Assembly: GCA_040954595.2 (NCBI GenBank)
Contig: CM082580.2
Span: 11,050,909-11,114,908 of the forward strand
Length of the DNA stretch: 64,000 nt
Direction: 5' to 3'
DNA from: Balanoglossus misakiensis
Lineage: Eukaryota; Animalia; Hemichordata
Shown here piece by piece: positions 24,201-38,545 of this stretch; position 1 is the first letter of the stretch; each line of letters begins with the position of its first letter. Both the position numbers and the translations under genes were made by a program. The notes below the pieces were generated by a model. The model worked only from the letters and a program-made list of their open reading frames with translations, had not been told where the DNA came from and searched no databases.

Positions 24201-27200
24201 ACACGATGTATATCTGACATTTTGGATAATGTGGATAACTGTCAATAATGTATTAAAGTCTGATATTATTCTAACTGTGCTAAATCCGGTAGCATATACA
24301 ACAAACATGCATCCTGTCACATAACAAAATGATTCTTGAGGTACTGCCTATTGGCCCAAGCAACTTTGGGGGAAAAACACGTTTTGAGTAAAAATTTATG
24401 TTGTGTGTCGCACTAGCTTGTTTATTCACTTCAGATGACCAACGTGCGGCAAGGTAGGCATTATACGTAGGTGTAGCAGGACGTTGCTTCGTTCATAATC
24501 GTAAACTATCATTTAACATGTACATTACGCATATCTTGCAGACCGAATTTGAACTACGGCCAGTGCCTGCGGGGCCTAACTCAGCAGATTTCTGCGATTA
24601 GGCTCTTGCCATGTGTGTCGTGTACGACAGAAGGGGTTACCTTCGCGCGTGGGGACAGGACCCTTGAATATGAAACAGAAAGCGCCACTGGCTGGCCATC
24701 CCAGAGGAGTGTCCGTCAATAGAATTAGCAAGATCAGTTTTCCCAAGGCATTGTCGCCGATTCATTCAAATACAGAAAGCAGCTTCTGTTCAACATTTGA
24801 ACAAGCAAATCCGTCACAACAACACATTGTCCGATAATGAAGTGTATTGCTATAAGAACGGGATCAAGATTCATAAATGATTCACCATCCGAATTGAAAC
24901 GATTTTCAATGTATCATTTTCGAGCGATATGCCGACAATATTTGGCGTTGGGCAGAGTGAGTTATGAAGTCCCCCCCCCCCACCCCGCGCGAAACTCCTC
25001 ATTTTACCAACGCTCGTTCAACAGAAGTAATTCTGATCAAGCAAAGATATCACCTGCCAATATAATTGTTATTATGCCGCGTGTTACTTGGAATTGTATG
25101 GGGACCCACAATTTGGTTTCAAGGAAAGTTTATTTATTTTTGCGTATTAACGTATGACACCAATCACAATCAGACGCAGTTAGGCTAATTTATAAATGTA
25201 GTTAAACGCAGCAGATTTACACTCGGAAAAGAATATGTGTAAGCTGATTGCCTGACGTTACCGGGCAGACCGATTGAAGTTGAGTGCTACATTACCACGG
25301 CTTTCTTATTTGCAAAGCGATCGTGTGCCCATGCACCAAGTAGGCTGCTGAACACAAGACAAATTTGATAAAGACGAGATTTCATTCACTCGTCGCGAAT
25401 CCAGCATGCTTGAAATCGATGTGGACGCTCGGTTGAAGTCACTGGAGTGTTTAAAGCTAATGTAATAGTCGTGAAAGACGTAAGTGCAATCCATTTCTTT
25501 CCACTTGAACGAAGTCAAATAAAGATGAAAGCTTGATGTCGTCGCATTTTGCGACGGTTGTTTAGGGCGTGGTAGATCGGCTCCTCGTTGTTTTTTGTGC
25601 GCGTGTTCAACGAGACATACAGACGGGGATGTGCAAGGCCAGAAGTTACGGGTTTACTCTGCGTTTTAGGAGCGAAATGCGTCCAGGGAAATAAGCCTTG
25701 ATGTTGTCAGATTTACACTGATCCCTTCATCCTGCACAGCAGGCCCCTGGTGGATAATTGCGCGTAGGTTTAATTATCTTCGATGGGAAAAATACCTCCC
25801 GTGTGAATCGGTTGAAAACACCGGGCCATGGAAAAAAAGTAAGAGTTCTGACCTATGTAACCAAGTCACAATTTCGAAGTTACGCTCAGCATGCTCAATT
25901 CAGAAGAAGATGAAAAAACGGGAGGGAAAAGGGAAAGTCTCGAGCTTCAGGGGTCCACCATTGAAATCAAAGTACACTTCCGATGCAGTTCGGTTGCACG
26001 TCAAATATCAAACTATGGCACATATGGAACGCGTAAAATCAACAAATAAGGTGTATGTATACGTACATTTAATGTTAAATTACTCAGACTGAGGTTAGAG
26101 AAATTCAACTCAAAACTATGAACCGTTTAGGTATAAAATTACGATAAATATTGTGTTTCAGGGAATATATTGAATTTCTTCTGGTATTTTCAATGCGCAT
26201 GCATTAAGAAATTAATTCCCTGCTTGCGCATCCTATGAAATTGCGGTCACGCGCTCGTATTGCCCTAAGCTTCACATGGTCTTTATCAGGCATAAAACGT
26301 ATTCGTGCAGTAACCCCTTTATTTGCGACCGGAACTCGTCGTATTTTTTTAAAGTTTCGAGATGAACGTTGTAATTTTCACTACGAATACCCGGCTTAAG
26401 AAAAACACTTTGCACAGACGTCTAACCAACAGGTGTCATATTGACAGCATGCATACATTTCATCGGTTGGTGGCGCTGCAATACTTGATTTCGGGTTTCT
26501 TTCCATTTCTTCGAGTTGGATAGCAGGGAGTTTTTTAATCTGCATTTGATGAACAAAGTGGCCATTTTTCATAAATCTACTTTTTTCAAAGATCATTGGG
26601 GCACAGGAAAAGGTTGCATTTTTTTCATTTTTTTTCTTCTGAGTGTAGCCACTGGCATTTCACATTACAATAGACTTTTCGAGCAATACGAATCGTGGGA
26701 GTCGGAACGACGTTTAGATTGTCTGTTGTTTCATCACTCATATCTTTGGTGTTCCTATTAGACGACGAAAGGCAGGTTTTTCTACATAGGGAGAATAGGA
26801 TCACCTGGCCCTCTGGCCTATTGATATGACGTCACGCGAATAAGAAGCTGCGATTCCCTAGTGGTGAGGATCACGTGCTTGACGCACGAACGGAAGTGGT
26901 TACATCAAGTTGCCTAGGAAACCTGTCAGTTCAAACACAAACATATAACAAGGAAGGTTATATTTTATCCACGAATTAAACACATACATTTAGGACCCCG
27001 AAGCCATCTATCAATAATTTTTAACTTCGCATAAAAGGGAGGTTTCTTTGCTATGGTTATAATCTCTCCATTGTCTTCCTAACTGAACCAAGAATACTTA
27101 TTTTAAATATTTCAATGTTTCCTTTAATCAATTTTTCATTTGGATGTATAAACTATCACACCCGCAGAGAAGTCGCGATTCCGACAAAATTTTAAGAAAT

Positions 27201-30200
27201 AGTTCTTTGACCAAGAAAGCCCGAACAGCTGTATCTTCTGCATAAAATTGATATACCTATTAAATGAGTTTTTTTTATATTACGATTGAATGACACTTAA
27301 TACGACACTCACGACCGCCAAAAATCGCTCCCCACCACAAGAAAATATGGTAAATGTATGCTCAATGAAGGGAAAAGTATTTAATAATTTACGAATCGAT
27401 TATGGATAGGCATGGCCTTTGTTCATTGGGACACTAACACAGTTATATATTTATATAAAATAGCTCCTATCACTTTCGCCGAATCCCTGATAGTTCGGAT
27501 ATCTCACGCAGTTAGCCATTTATAGGAACAGCGAAATCCTGAAGAGTATTTTTTTCCATCGCGTGATTTGTAATAGTCACACTAGTCACATTGCGAACGA
27601 TGACATCTACTCTATGGATATTTTAACATGCTTGCAGCCGAATTTCCGATTTAAGGATTATTCAAAGTTTGACATTTAAATGTATCTGAGGAAGATTATC
27701 ACAAAAGTGGGATGCTGAAACTAGCTTGACCAATACGCAGTGCATTATAAAATTTGTTTGTACCCATGATACATCTGTTGAATTTCGTTCGTTTAATGTG
27801 CCAAAGATAAATAAATCATCTGTTTTCAGCGAAGAAGTCATGGATGACGAAAGAATCAAGTCAATTCTCTAAAATAAGCCAGAATTATCCAAGGGAGACA
27901 ACACTTTCCCTATTCTAAAAAGTTAAATATGAGAATTTAAATTATTAACACCGGCTGACATCTGATATTTTTCAATATTTAACGTGATCAGACATATTAC
28001 GTTTTGTATAATTGATTGGCAGATTATCAAGAAAACGATAATCAAGTTGCGACAAACCTCCCTATGGTAAGACTGTCATGTTTCCGTGGAAACCTAACGT
28101 AGCATAAAGTGTACTTTTCGTATAGAGGCTCGGGGGATTTCCAGCGCTATATGGCTGAACATAATCGAATAAAAAGGGACGAAGACGTTAGTAACTGAAG
28201 AAATGTACTTTTGGCACACCCATGAACGATTTGGTCGAGTGAAAACGCAGCAAGTACAATTATCCGCGAAACACACACCCTTGATTCAACACTGAATTCG
28301 CCGGCAAAAAGCCGTTATCCGGCTAAATCCGGCTGTCATCAAAATTGACCGACCGTGAAAATTATTAGTTCAATAACAGATTCAGGGACATTTGCACAAA
28401 TATTAAATGCTCCCACGTGCTAATTTGATCATAAATTACAACCTTGCTTTCCACAGCACTTGATTCGATTCGTATTTGCTGCTGATCTCCACTTTTTTGT
28501 GCCGCCAACTGCAGCAGCACCAACGCTTCTGAATTTACGAACTTCTCTTCCATCAACGCAATAACTCGGTTATTGAGTGTGACTATCAAGATCGATTAGC
28601 TGCAAACTTTGGCGATGTTTTAATGATTTTACTTTAGTTCACACTAAAAATAGTTCACGTATATGACTAACTTAGAGGTAGCTATAAAAGTATTAATAAT
28701 CACTAAATGGGTTGTGCTTAATGACCCCCATTTCTGACTGCACTGAAATGGACGCTACTCTCAAATATAGCCGCTTTCACGCAAATTTGCTTAAGACTGA
28801 TTATAGTGCGCAGTGCCCATTGGAATCTTCACAGACAACTATATGGTGTCAATCATTGGTACGAAACAGTTTCCACCGTGACTGTGACAACGTGCGTTTT
28901 TTAGATCGTCACGCACATCAGCGTAATACAGTTTAGGTTCAGATCCATGTACCAGCTTAAAAAAGAAATTGGGATTATTTCTGATGTTGTGTCCTCGACC
29001 TGGTTCTCTTCAAATGATACATGCATGTTTTATTATTGACCATGACACGTGACACTTTTGTTACAGTGACAGCGAAAGGCTTGGAAAACCGGGAGGCAAT
29101 AGAGGCCGATTAGCACAAGTTCCACACATTGTATTTCCTTGCTGGGAGCAGTTGTAAAGAATTTAGTCCGTGCAGGAATATAAAAGGGATTACGTCTAAA
29201 CCTAACGAAGTCCGCTCTCTGTGCAAATGGTCAAACAGGGAGAGATCACAGGTACGCTGTTTGTATAATTGGTGAGCTAGGGGGTCTTGCATCGAGACCT
29301 CATCACGCTCGTGTATGTCCCCCAGCATGTCAATGACAAGGTCTCTCCCGCACCATGGAGCAAGGCGTGCCAACTTTCTCGTTCGTGCCAACACCTCGGC
29401 AAATGTTGCTTCAAATTGGTTTCATTTGACGCGACTGTTACACTGAATCCGTCCGTTAGGGAGGCGGTCCCTCCCAGGTCTGTCAGTGCGTACGGTTTAG
29501 TTAGCATTTCAGTTGACGAGTCCGTGAGTGGCGGCATTTCAGTAGATAAACACAAAAAACAACCATTTCTTTAGACTTTACAAATTCTAAAATAAAGCCC
29601 CCAGGGCTTGGGTCCCTAATTAAATCTGGAGTTACCATTTTGGGTCTATTCCGACTAAAATGATGATGTATATAACTGCTAGGTATAAACACACAAAAGT
29701 TGATGCTATTCATCATAGGATGTGCGAAGCCTATATTGTCACCTCCTTAAAGTTGACAATTGACGCATGAAGTCGTTCTGAAATGAAAGGTGGGAAAATA
29801 CAATCTGTTGTCTGAGATGTTAGATAATATTTCCTTTGAACATGACGTTCCACAAAGGACTATACTTCACAATTACCTTACTTGGCAAATAAATACACAG
29901 CACATTACGCACAAATAGGCTACACTGTCCAAATATATTTAGAGGTTAGAAAGTTCGATAGGAAAATGTTTGTCTGATGTCCACTCAAAACCACCATGAT
30001 GTACAACAGAGATAGAACAGAGACAGCTACAACACAATGTTCTGCTTGTTAACCTATGTCTTAAGTAGAAAGACCATTGTTATCAGTGACAAATACTACT
30101 TAAGACTTGAATTAATGTTGTTTTTTACCAATAACTACATGTGCTGTCGGAACACAGACGAGGTGTATCCATAAGCTTAAACTTGGCATTCAATAATTCT

Positions 30201-30606
30201 ACATGAAGTCGGGTAAAAAATTACAAAAGAGGCAAGAGTTCCAATTAATAATATGGTGTTTCTTAACATGTTGAGTTTAGTCTTGTGTTCTCACCACCCT
30301 CCATCAGTCAAGTGTTATCTGCATTATGTAATGGACGCAAATCAATGGCAGAAACAAAGGATTCACAGCGGTGAAAGATCGAGAGGAATGAAAAAGAGAC
30401 ACAGCTGGCTTGAGAACACATTCTGTCCAAAGCAACCAGTTAAGATCAATATACAATTTGTAAAGCGAAGATGCTAATTACGGTAGTTTACCAGTAGAAT
30501 GACTGGGGCAGATACAGCAGTATTTCGCACCATGAGATCACATCACAACACAAGGTGTACAAACATCGTCAGCTATTTGTCAACACCAACGCCGCTCATC
30601 ACTTAC

Positions 30607-30909
30607 CCTCACGGTATACGAGACGACTTCTCTGGACCTCCAGAATCTCCAACAAAACTTGTGATAATAGGATGGCGCACGCGACACCGTGTTGCTTCCA
30701 GTCAACCACACATCTGAGCTTCGCAAAATGACACTAACAGTTGAAGTCACAAAATTACCCTCGCATATACTCGTCAGAACCGAACACCTGGAAAATCGAC
30801 ACAGAACGCCTGCAGCAGTGGTTTGGGCACCTATACACACACCGCTTCGACGGGTACACAATTCTCATCTGCCAGTGATCGAGTGACGAGATGTGCGCTC
30901 GTATTTAAG
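30607..30909 (-). promoter_or_regulatory. Candidate TATA/Inr promoter and non-coding first exon (about 30876 to 30607)
   Basis: CTTAAATA at 30909-30902, TCACTG about 30 nt downstream, CpG-richer body, consensus donor AGG|GTAAGT at 30606. Confidence 0.4.
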
Positions 30910-33900
30910 AACGGGAGCGGTAATCCGAACCAGCCTACGCACCTACATGTAAATTGTATTTAAATGGGATTGAAGTGGTAAATGCGGAGGTAATCAATTC
31001 AGCGGGCAATATAAACGTTACTCCGAGGGGGTGAAGGGGAATATAAGATCACGTGACCACCATCAATATTTAATTCGCGATTGGGAAATGTTGCGCTTGG
31101 TCAGCTAATTAATAAAAATCTCATGCAACTGTGAACATTATCAAGTACTTCACGAGAAACCTTTGCTTAGTCGGAGCTTTGAGATTCAAAAAAGCTCGTC
31201 AGATGAATGTGTCGATGTTCACAATACCCGATGACACTGACTGGACGTCGTTAACTCTGGTACATGAAATAAAGATGTTCTCCGATTTCACAGACAAATC
31301 AAAATGTTTGTTCTTAAATGTACAAAGTAGCGTATTTACTTACAGCTTGTATATCCGTGAAACTCGCACCGATTTGTCTGGCATTATGTTCGATGCTACG
31401 ATGCGTGTATCAAGCCTACATGGCCTTAGGGAAAACTACAGAGTAACACTTGGGAGTTGCCGCTTTGGGCGTGAACGCATGCCACGCCAACGTAACACGT
31501 GCAGGGGAAACAGCACAATGTGATCGTTGTTTGTCATGATGGACAGTTTTCATAACAGCACAATGTTTGTAATGATGCAGACTGAAACAGTTTCATTCTG
31601 TGGTTATGATTTCGACTTGCTAAAACAAGTTTCCTATGGCAATCGAACAAATGTACCACACACTGCGGTACGACTGCTCCTTTTAAACGAAAAATACGTG
31701 TAGTCCATCGTCTCACAGTACGGTAGACGGATGCAAGACAAAAATATTGATTAAGTGCTTTACACGTATATACAAACACAAGGTTAGATCAGAGTTCAAG
31801 TGACCGGTGAATCATGTTCCAGTAAACCGAACATAAGCAACTTTGCTCACAAAGCAAAAACACCACAACAATCATGATAAATGAGAGAGGCTGTGTAATT
31901 TAATGCACATGATGGTTGACAACAAAATCGAAAGTCGTCAAATGTTGCACTGACAGGAACCTTCAAACAGACAGGCCGAGCATGTACTCACGACCTAACC
32001 TTCTTTGTCTTCCTCTAGTTTGAGGGCGTGCTACTAAGGGTGTTTGCAGAAACCACTTGAATATCTGCCTCGTTTTATCTTGTCGCCAAAATCTCGATTT
32101 TCGTGTGGACTGCCTCGGAAACGTGAACCGCTCGTGCAGGCATGGCACGGGCTTCTTTTCTGCACGGGTCAACAGAGGCACCTCATTTTCCCAGGGTCAC
32201 CACAATCGCACGATAGGTGATCACTCCGTTAATTGTGGAAACAACTCAAGTTGGCATAGCCCCGAGTCTCACCGTCAGTTCAATTAAATCTCCCTGGCTC
32301 CTAAGTCTCAGGGATTCCAAATTCATTTTCCGAGAAACAAACCCGAATAAGTCTCCTGGCCACTTTTAATGGCAAATGGCATCGGGTGTTATTCATCAAA
32401 CGTATACATGAATAAATGCCTGCCTATACGTCTGAACAAATAACTGGAATAGAGGAAACTTTAAAATGCCTGAAACCTGACGATTGCGGCACATAACGGG
32501 AAGATCAAAGAGTCGAATGTGAACATTACCAATGCAAACATCATTTGTTGATATAATACCTTCATCGCACACGAATTCCACGTGACTGTCTCGTAAATGT
32601 CGGTCGTGGCATGTACGCTAGTGATCTTTGGCCAAAGGCAGTTGTGATCCGAAGCAAGGCAAGACCAAAATTTAAAATTTTAATGAGGGATTCTGTAATC
32701 ACTGCGACTAAATCTTATTAGCACAATAATAACATTAGCTTTGTATCAGAATACTGAATTTCCAAAAATCAAATCGAATTAATAAAGTGAGAGGTTTGTC
32801 TTCAACCGAGCACATATTCTATGTGAAAGGACTGAGTCATTCACACACGAGGTATTAGATCTGCAAACAATGCATGTCTTTCCCCGGTGTATCGTTTAAT
32901 ATCAACTTGGGGTGTTTTCTAAGGTGTAAATCCTCCCGCCCCTTTGTTATCTTGCATTGTAACAAAGCTGTGTACAGTTATAGTACCAAACAAATCGTTT
33001 GAGAGTAATTATCACTATGATACGTCCATTATATAATCCCTTGCGAAAACGCACTACCGGTACAGGGGAATCATTAGACGTTATTATTAATTCCACGCTC
33101 ACGCAACGGTGGCCAAGGGGAATTTTCAATACAATGGAAATGGAAAGTTTTGTTGGTTTTCTTTGAATGAGATAGAAACAGACATGTGCATATTGGTTTG
33201 AAAGCTGCCACTATTTAAACGTGTAGAGCGCCAACCTGCGTCAATAATCCTGTTGCTGTCCACGCTAGTATAGTAGCCGGGTAGAATCGCATCCGTACCT
33301 AATCATCGCAGGGTAGCCGATCTAGATGCAATAGCTAGATACATGTGTACTCTTGTAACTGAAAACTTTTCATTTCGACTTACTGACACGTTTTATGCTG
33401 ATACTACAGTTAAAAGTTTATGTAAAGCAAAACCGTCGCAAGCCCAGGAAGGGATCTGGCCACTGCGTGTTTCCCATGATATGATGAATACAATCATGGC
33501 CAGACTGAGATAAAGAAAATTGAGGTCACCGCGTGCATAGACACGGGACTTTACTGAAGGCTTTAAAGTCTCGGCGGCACAGTCTTTGCTCATTATCTTC
33601 GTGCATTTAGTATCATACTGACGCAATGGCATGATATTGCACTAAGAGGTGGGCATTTGCATATGACATAAATCTGGCGTAGTGTGCATGCTGAGTGGGA
33701 AAAAAATACTGAAGCAATAGACCGAAAGAGGCGCTCTGTATCATAGCAACACTCTCTGACGAGTAGGGGGATGGAGAGCGCCTTAAGCGACGGATCTTTC
33801 AGGATATATGATAAACTGCTGTAGTCAGATCAGAAATTTGTGGGCACACTAGATGTTTGTGGCAAACTTGCCTCCCAGCCGTAGGCGTACATATTGATTA

Positions 33901-36900
33901 GTATATCTCGATTCAGCATGTTGCGCGGTGCACCAATGCCAAAAGATGACACTCTATGAAGTAGACAACCCGACTCTTGAGTTGATAGATACTGGCAGCA
34001 CGTGATCAAAGTTTGTGGTTATACTTTGATGACGTCACGCGTGCATCCAGCTTAACACCAGAACGTGCACGGGAGTGGTATTGACAAGCGCTTTAGTAAA
34101 ATCCACCTGCTCTGCCTTCGGACATTTGAGTGTTTGTCTAAATGGTTAAATTTGACGCAAAAGAAGTTAGTGAGTCGCTGCTTGCAATTTTGAGGCATTG
34201 ACTCACTGAGCACTGTAATTTTCGTAAAGCTGAAAGCCTCATCATCCACCATGTACATTTATTGGGTGGTCTCCCTGCGGGATTTACGAGTTGACATTAT
34301 ACATTGTACTAGTCTTCACAAAATTCGGTCAAAAATGCAATAATTCTACTGCTGCTACTGTTGGTGGCGGTGGTAAATTATTGCACTGTAGTGACAGAGT
34401 TATCATAACAAATCACGTTGAAGTGTTGGTCACGAGGAAACCATATGTAACCGTAGGTATGGTGTTTAAATCTAAATTCACAACTTAAACAACTTAAACT
34501 GCATATGATTTATATAATGAAATTTTAAACAAAAATCTCATGTTAATGTCCACTTTATATTTTGCAATGTTCGCCATAGCTATTTAATTTCGCCTCAGGT
34601 GATTAATAATATTGTCTTGTCTTAAGTTCCATATGGCGATTTCGTCAAAACAGGGATATTAGAACTACTGATTTGCACAAGTTTTAGTTGTAGATGTTCA
34701 CCATTTATTACGTAGGATGTAATGACATTTCCAACTGATAAATCACGGACTATCATCACTCCAGCGACAGCTACTAAGAACAATGATGAATCGGATGCAT
34801 GCAGCAGCGAGGGCAAAGATGGTACTGTGAGGAGGGTGTAAACTTGGAAAATATGGGAGTCATTAAAGGCACAAAAACTGCAACTTTCACATTATTTCAA
34901 GATTTTCTGTCGGAAAAAAATTAGACTGCAAGAGGGTGGCATCTTTACGTCACAAGCTTGTCGTCCTTTGTATCATTCTCCAAGTGACGTAGCGACATTA
35001 ACGCAGCCCATTCGACGACACGTCAATTTGTGTTGAAAACGCCAAAGCTTACAACTCTCCTTCGTTTTCGCCGTGCACAGACACAAAAGTGTTGCGTAGA
35101 ATTCGCACTTAGAAAAACATCATACGAGGTATGCGAGATATCTCCCCATTTACACTGTGTGCGTCTGTATTTTGTCCAGAACTAATGTAGCGTTAAGGTT
35201 CATTAAAGAAAGATCTAATTAAAGGTGTAGTCGGCATAAAATTCAATTCTTTGTTTGTGTGGCGAGGAAGGCAGTCTGGTTTCCACGGAATGGAATGGAA
35301 ACACTTAGGTAACTCAAGATAGGGTTTACTCTGGCTTATTTTTTTCTTATTAAATGAGAGGGTGAAATGTAGGGGGCCCTTTTGTACAGACGCTCATTTT
35401 GTCTGAATTTCAACCGCTGCTTAAACACGTTACAATTTGCTTCTTTTTTCAACTAACACGTACAAACACTTATTTGAAACATTTTCCCTGATCCACTTTC
35501 CGAGGGTTTGTGCCACTTGTATGTTGATTCGCCGCTCGTGGAAATTTTGAACGAAAAATTGGTAAAATTCCCAGACACAATGATACACAGTTCCTCCCCT
35601 ATTAAAGAAGATTTTTCGTTCGTGATAATGCGTTTTATTAATATCTACAAGCCCTTATTATATGGGACTAGTGTAGGCCTACAGACAGACGGACGACGAC
35701 AGGCAATCGGCCTATCTGGATCTGCCGCGTCACTAACATTGGAGCTAAATCACACAATATAATGTGATGTAACCGCACTGAAAGTGTAAGCGACGAAGTG
35801 ATTGATGACGAAAGTGTAATCACCCGAACCGCGCGTGCTGTATAAAGTAGGAAGCATAAAAACTGCGGTGATAGTTAGCCAACGCAAGGTTGCCCAGCGG
35901 TCAATTATTATGAGCTTCATATTCTTTACGTTCGTAGCGTCTATATTTAGCGGTTGGTCAATCACCCGGGACGGCAATGTATTCATATACTTCACTTGTT
36001 TAAGCAGTGAATTACTGCGTGGTGTTCCGTCAACATGCCGCAACTAGCAAAGCGCACATAATGGTCAGCTGACTGCACTATTCATTGGCCTGTAAAAACA
36101 GATACGAACTTCTTGAACATTTTCCAAACATATGGCGCTCATATGCAAATGAGTTAACACACGTGCGCGTTATTTGGGGTCAGAATACTTTTTTCAGCGG
36201 ATTTGTGTTTACATCCGAGAGTCACATTTGGTAACTGGGACAAATAATACTACGAACTCTTTATTTTTCCCTTTTGTGTTTTTTGATTAAAGCTTTCACG
36301 TTAGGTTCATTTTTGACGGTGAGTGTATTCATTCAATTTCAAGGATCATAGCTTTCAAAAGATTACTACTGTACTTAACAGTTTAAGCTGGGACAACTCT
36401 GTGCCCAAGGGTCACCGAAGGTCACCATGCGTGTTAACTGTCCCATATGAATAGACAGAGGAGGCCCTGAATGCCAAATGGCTCTGTTGCTGACCTCGAC
36501 CCGTGCATGACAATCCGACACGATGATGTGATGAAAATAACCAACAGCGGAAAAGACAGAAAAAACTAACCACGGACACCAGTCGGAAAACCCCCGAGAA
36601 AATCACAATATTGTTTGTGATTCCCACTGAACTCCAGTGACGCATAACGGAGACTGATGAGAGAAGGTCGAGAAGTCGCGCTTTGAATTTGCCCTGCGGT
36701 CAGCAGCTATTTAGAACACATCGCCACGTATTGTCACAATTTACAGCCAGGGTGTACTCCCCCTTATCTCTGGCGCACACGATCAAGCACTTGTCACTTG
36801 TGTGAACAGCACAAAAAAGGAGCGAACAGCCCTATTTCAACTGTGAATTCCAATGTCATGTTGATTCGAATAGAGAGAACGATAACCTTCGAATGACCTC

Positions 36901-38264
36901 TAGATAGGAGCACCTCCTCTCGAACTCATATAGGGAACTGTCGTATATTTAACCCAATTACCCAAGTAAATTGGTCTATCACATCTATTATTGGGGATTT
37001 TGGTCATTTTAAATGGGTGTGTGGGTTTGGTATACCGAATCTGATTTTGTAAACACGCTTTTCTTTCCGCATGGCAGCTTCGAGCTGGGTTGTTTTGGTG
37101 ATATTCCCGGAAGACAAGACGTGGATAGCTCTTCATTGTCGTAAGATACACAGCCCTGACACGCAACGCTAACGATGTGAAAAACACGCAGAATGTGCTG
37201 AGATGCCACCTCAGCGCCAGCTTCACATTAATTTCTAAAAAACTTACCTTAATATTACAATGCCATGGCAACAGGCACACGCCGCAGGAGCTACAATGGC
37301 AAGGTGACGGCCAAAAGTGTCAGACGGGTGCCAGTGATATCAGGCGTACGTCCGCTGCGGAGAATACCGAGTCTGCAGTGTTTCAAATTCCAGGCCTGCA
37401 GATCTGCCACGGCTCTCCTTTGCAAAATATATACACACAGAGAATAAACAGAACCGATTCCAATTAAAAAGATACGGAACGTGTCAGCTTTCCTTGAAGA
37501 TTTTGAAATACTGTGCACAGATCCAGATGTTATCGAGTTACTCCCCAAGTATACCCCGGATGTGGTCAAATTTCGGCTGTTGGGGTGATAAAACTCCTTC
37601 CTAGCAAAAGATCCTGGGATGGCGAATCCTCTCGTTACCGCTTGGGCCGAGTTGAAACACAAATGTTTTGCCAGTTTACACGGTGCAAGTAAAGCCCGTA
37701 CTGCTGGTCCTTGTTCGTGTCCTTTCAGCCGGGTACTTACGCAATGTAGTGCGATCCCTAGTGGTGCAACTTCCAAGGCAAATCACAAAGGGTACGACCA
37801 ACTTTCACAGAGGACAGTCATCGACGTTGGAAACGCACGAACGCCCACAGCTCTGCAAATCAGTCAGACTGCCAACTTCTCGTATTTCACAGTTCGGGAG
37901 CTCAGAGACTAGCAACGATCGAAATCGAGCCGCCCGTAGCAGTTACAAATTCTTTTCCTCGGTCAAAAATTCTTCGTATGCCGCTATGATACAGCGTCTA
38001 ACGACACCCTGAAACGTAGCATAGAATTTCATTACAATCTTAAAGTGAGAAAATGTAGAGTTAAGAATAACACATGACATTTATAGCGGCTGTGCCCGTA
38101 AAATCGAACGCAATTAAAACGGGAACATAAAATGAATGACACGTGTTTGGATAAATTTTCAGCAAAATCTATATTAATTTCAACGCACCAAGCGTTTAAT
38201 AAACGCGGTGAAGGCGTTTTTGTTTTTCGTGTTCAGCGCCCCAGGACACCAATCATGTTAATGG

Positions 38265-38545
38265 ACCTCGAGTTACCTCGCGCAACCTTTTTAAAGTAGT
38301 TAGGTCAAAGGTCGCCAATTTACCAAAGCTTGTCGGCCCTGTACGGGAGGCCATAACAGCGATTATTTTTTCCCAGTTCTTTACACTGTGGCCGTTTTCG
38401 ACTCACCTCGATTGACCCCGGCCCATGGGACCTCTTCCGAAGTAATAGGGTCAAAGGTCTCCATTTCACGAAGGCTTTCTGGTCCGACTGAGGACGTTTA
38501 CAGTGATGTTTTCCAGCCTTCGTAAATTATGGGCCTTTGTGGGGA
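38265..38545. repeat. Degenerate tandem repeat, 2 x about 146 bp, each with an (A/G)GGTCAAAGGTC core; probably a repeat-element remnant
   Basis: Cores at 38302-38314 and 38448-38460 with alignable flanks (CCAATTTACCAAAGCTT / CCATTTCACGAAGGCTT; ACAGCGATTATTTTTTCCCAG / ACAGTGATGTTTTCCAG). Confidence 0.65.

Noticed and set aside
29110-29574. GC-richer block with several overlapping ~93-aa ORFs and a GGGAGG/CCTCCC hairpin
   Set aside because: No family motif and no convincing phase-compatible splice donor. It could be regulatory, but I cannot support a call.
33729-33783. AGGCGCTCT...AGAGCGCCT inverted repeat as a pre-miRNA
   Set aside because: Only about 9-14 bp pair and the inner region is poorly paired.
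37291-37776. 161-aa minus-strand ORF
   Set aside because: TTG start, no recognisable motif, and better explained by local GC richness.
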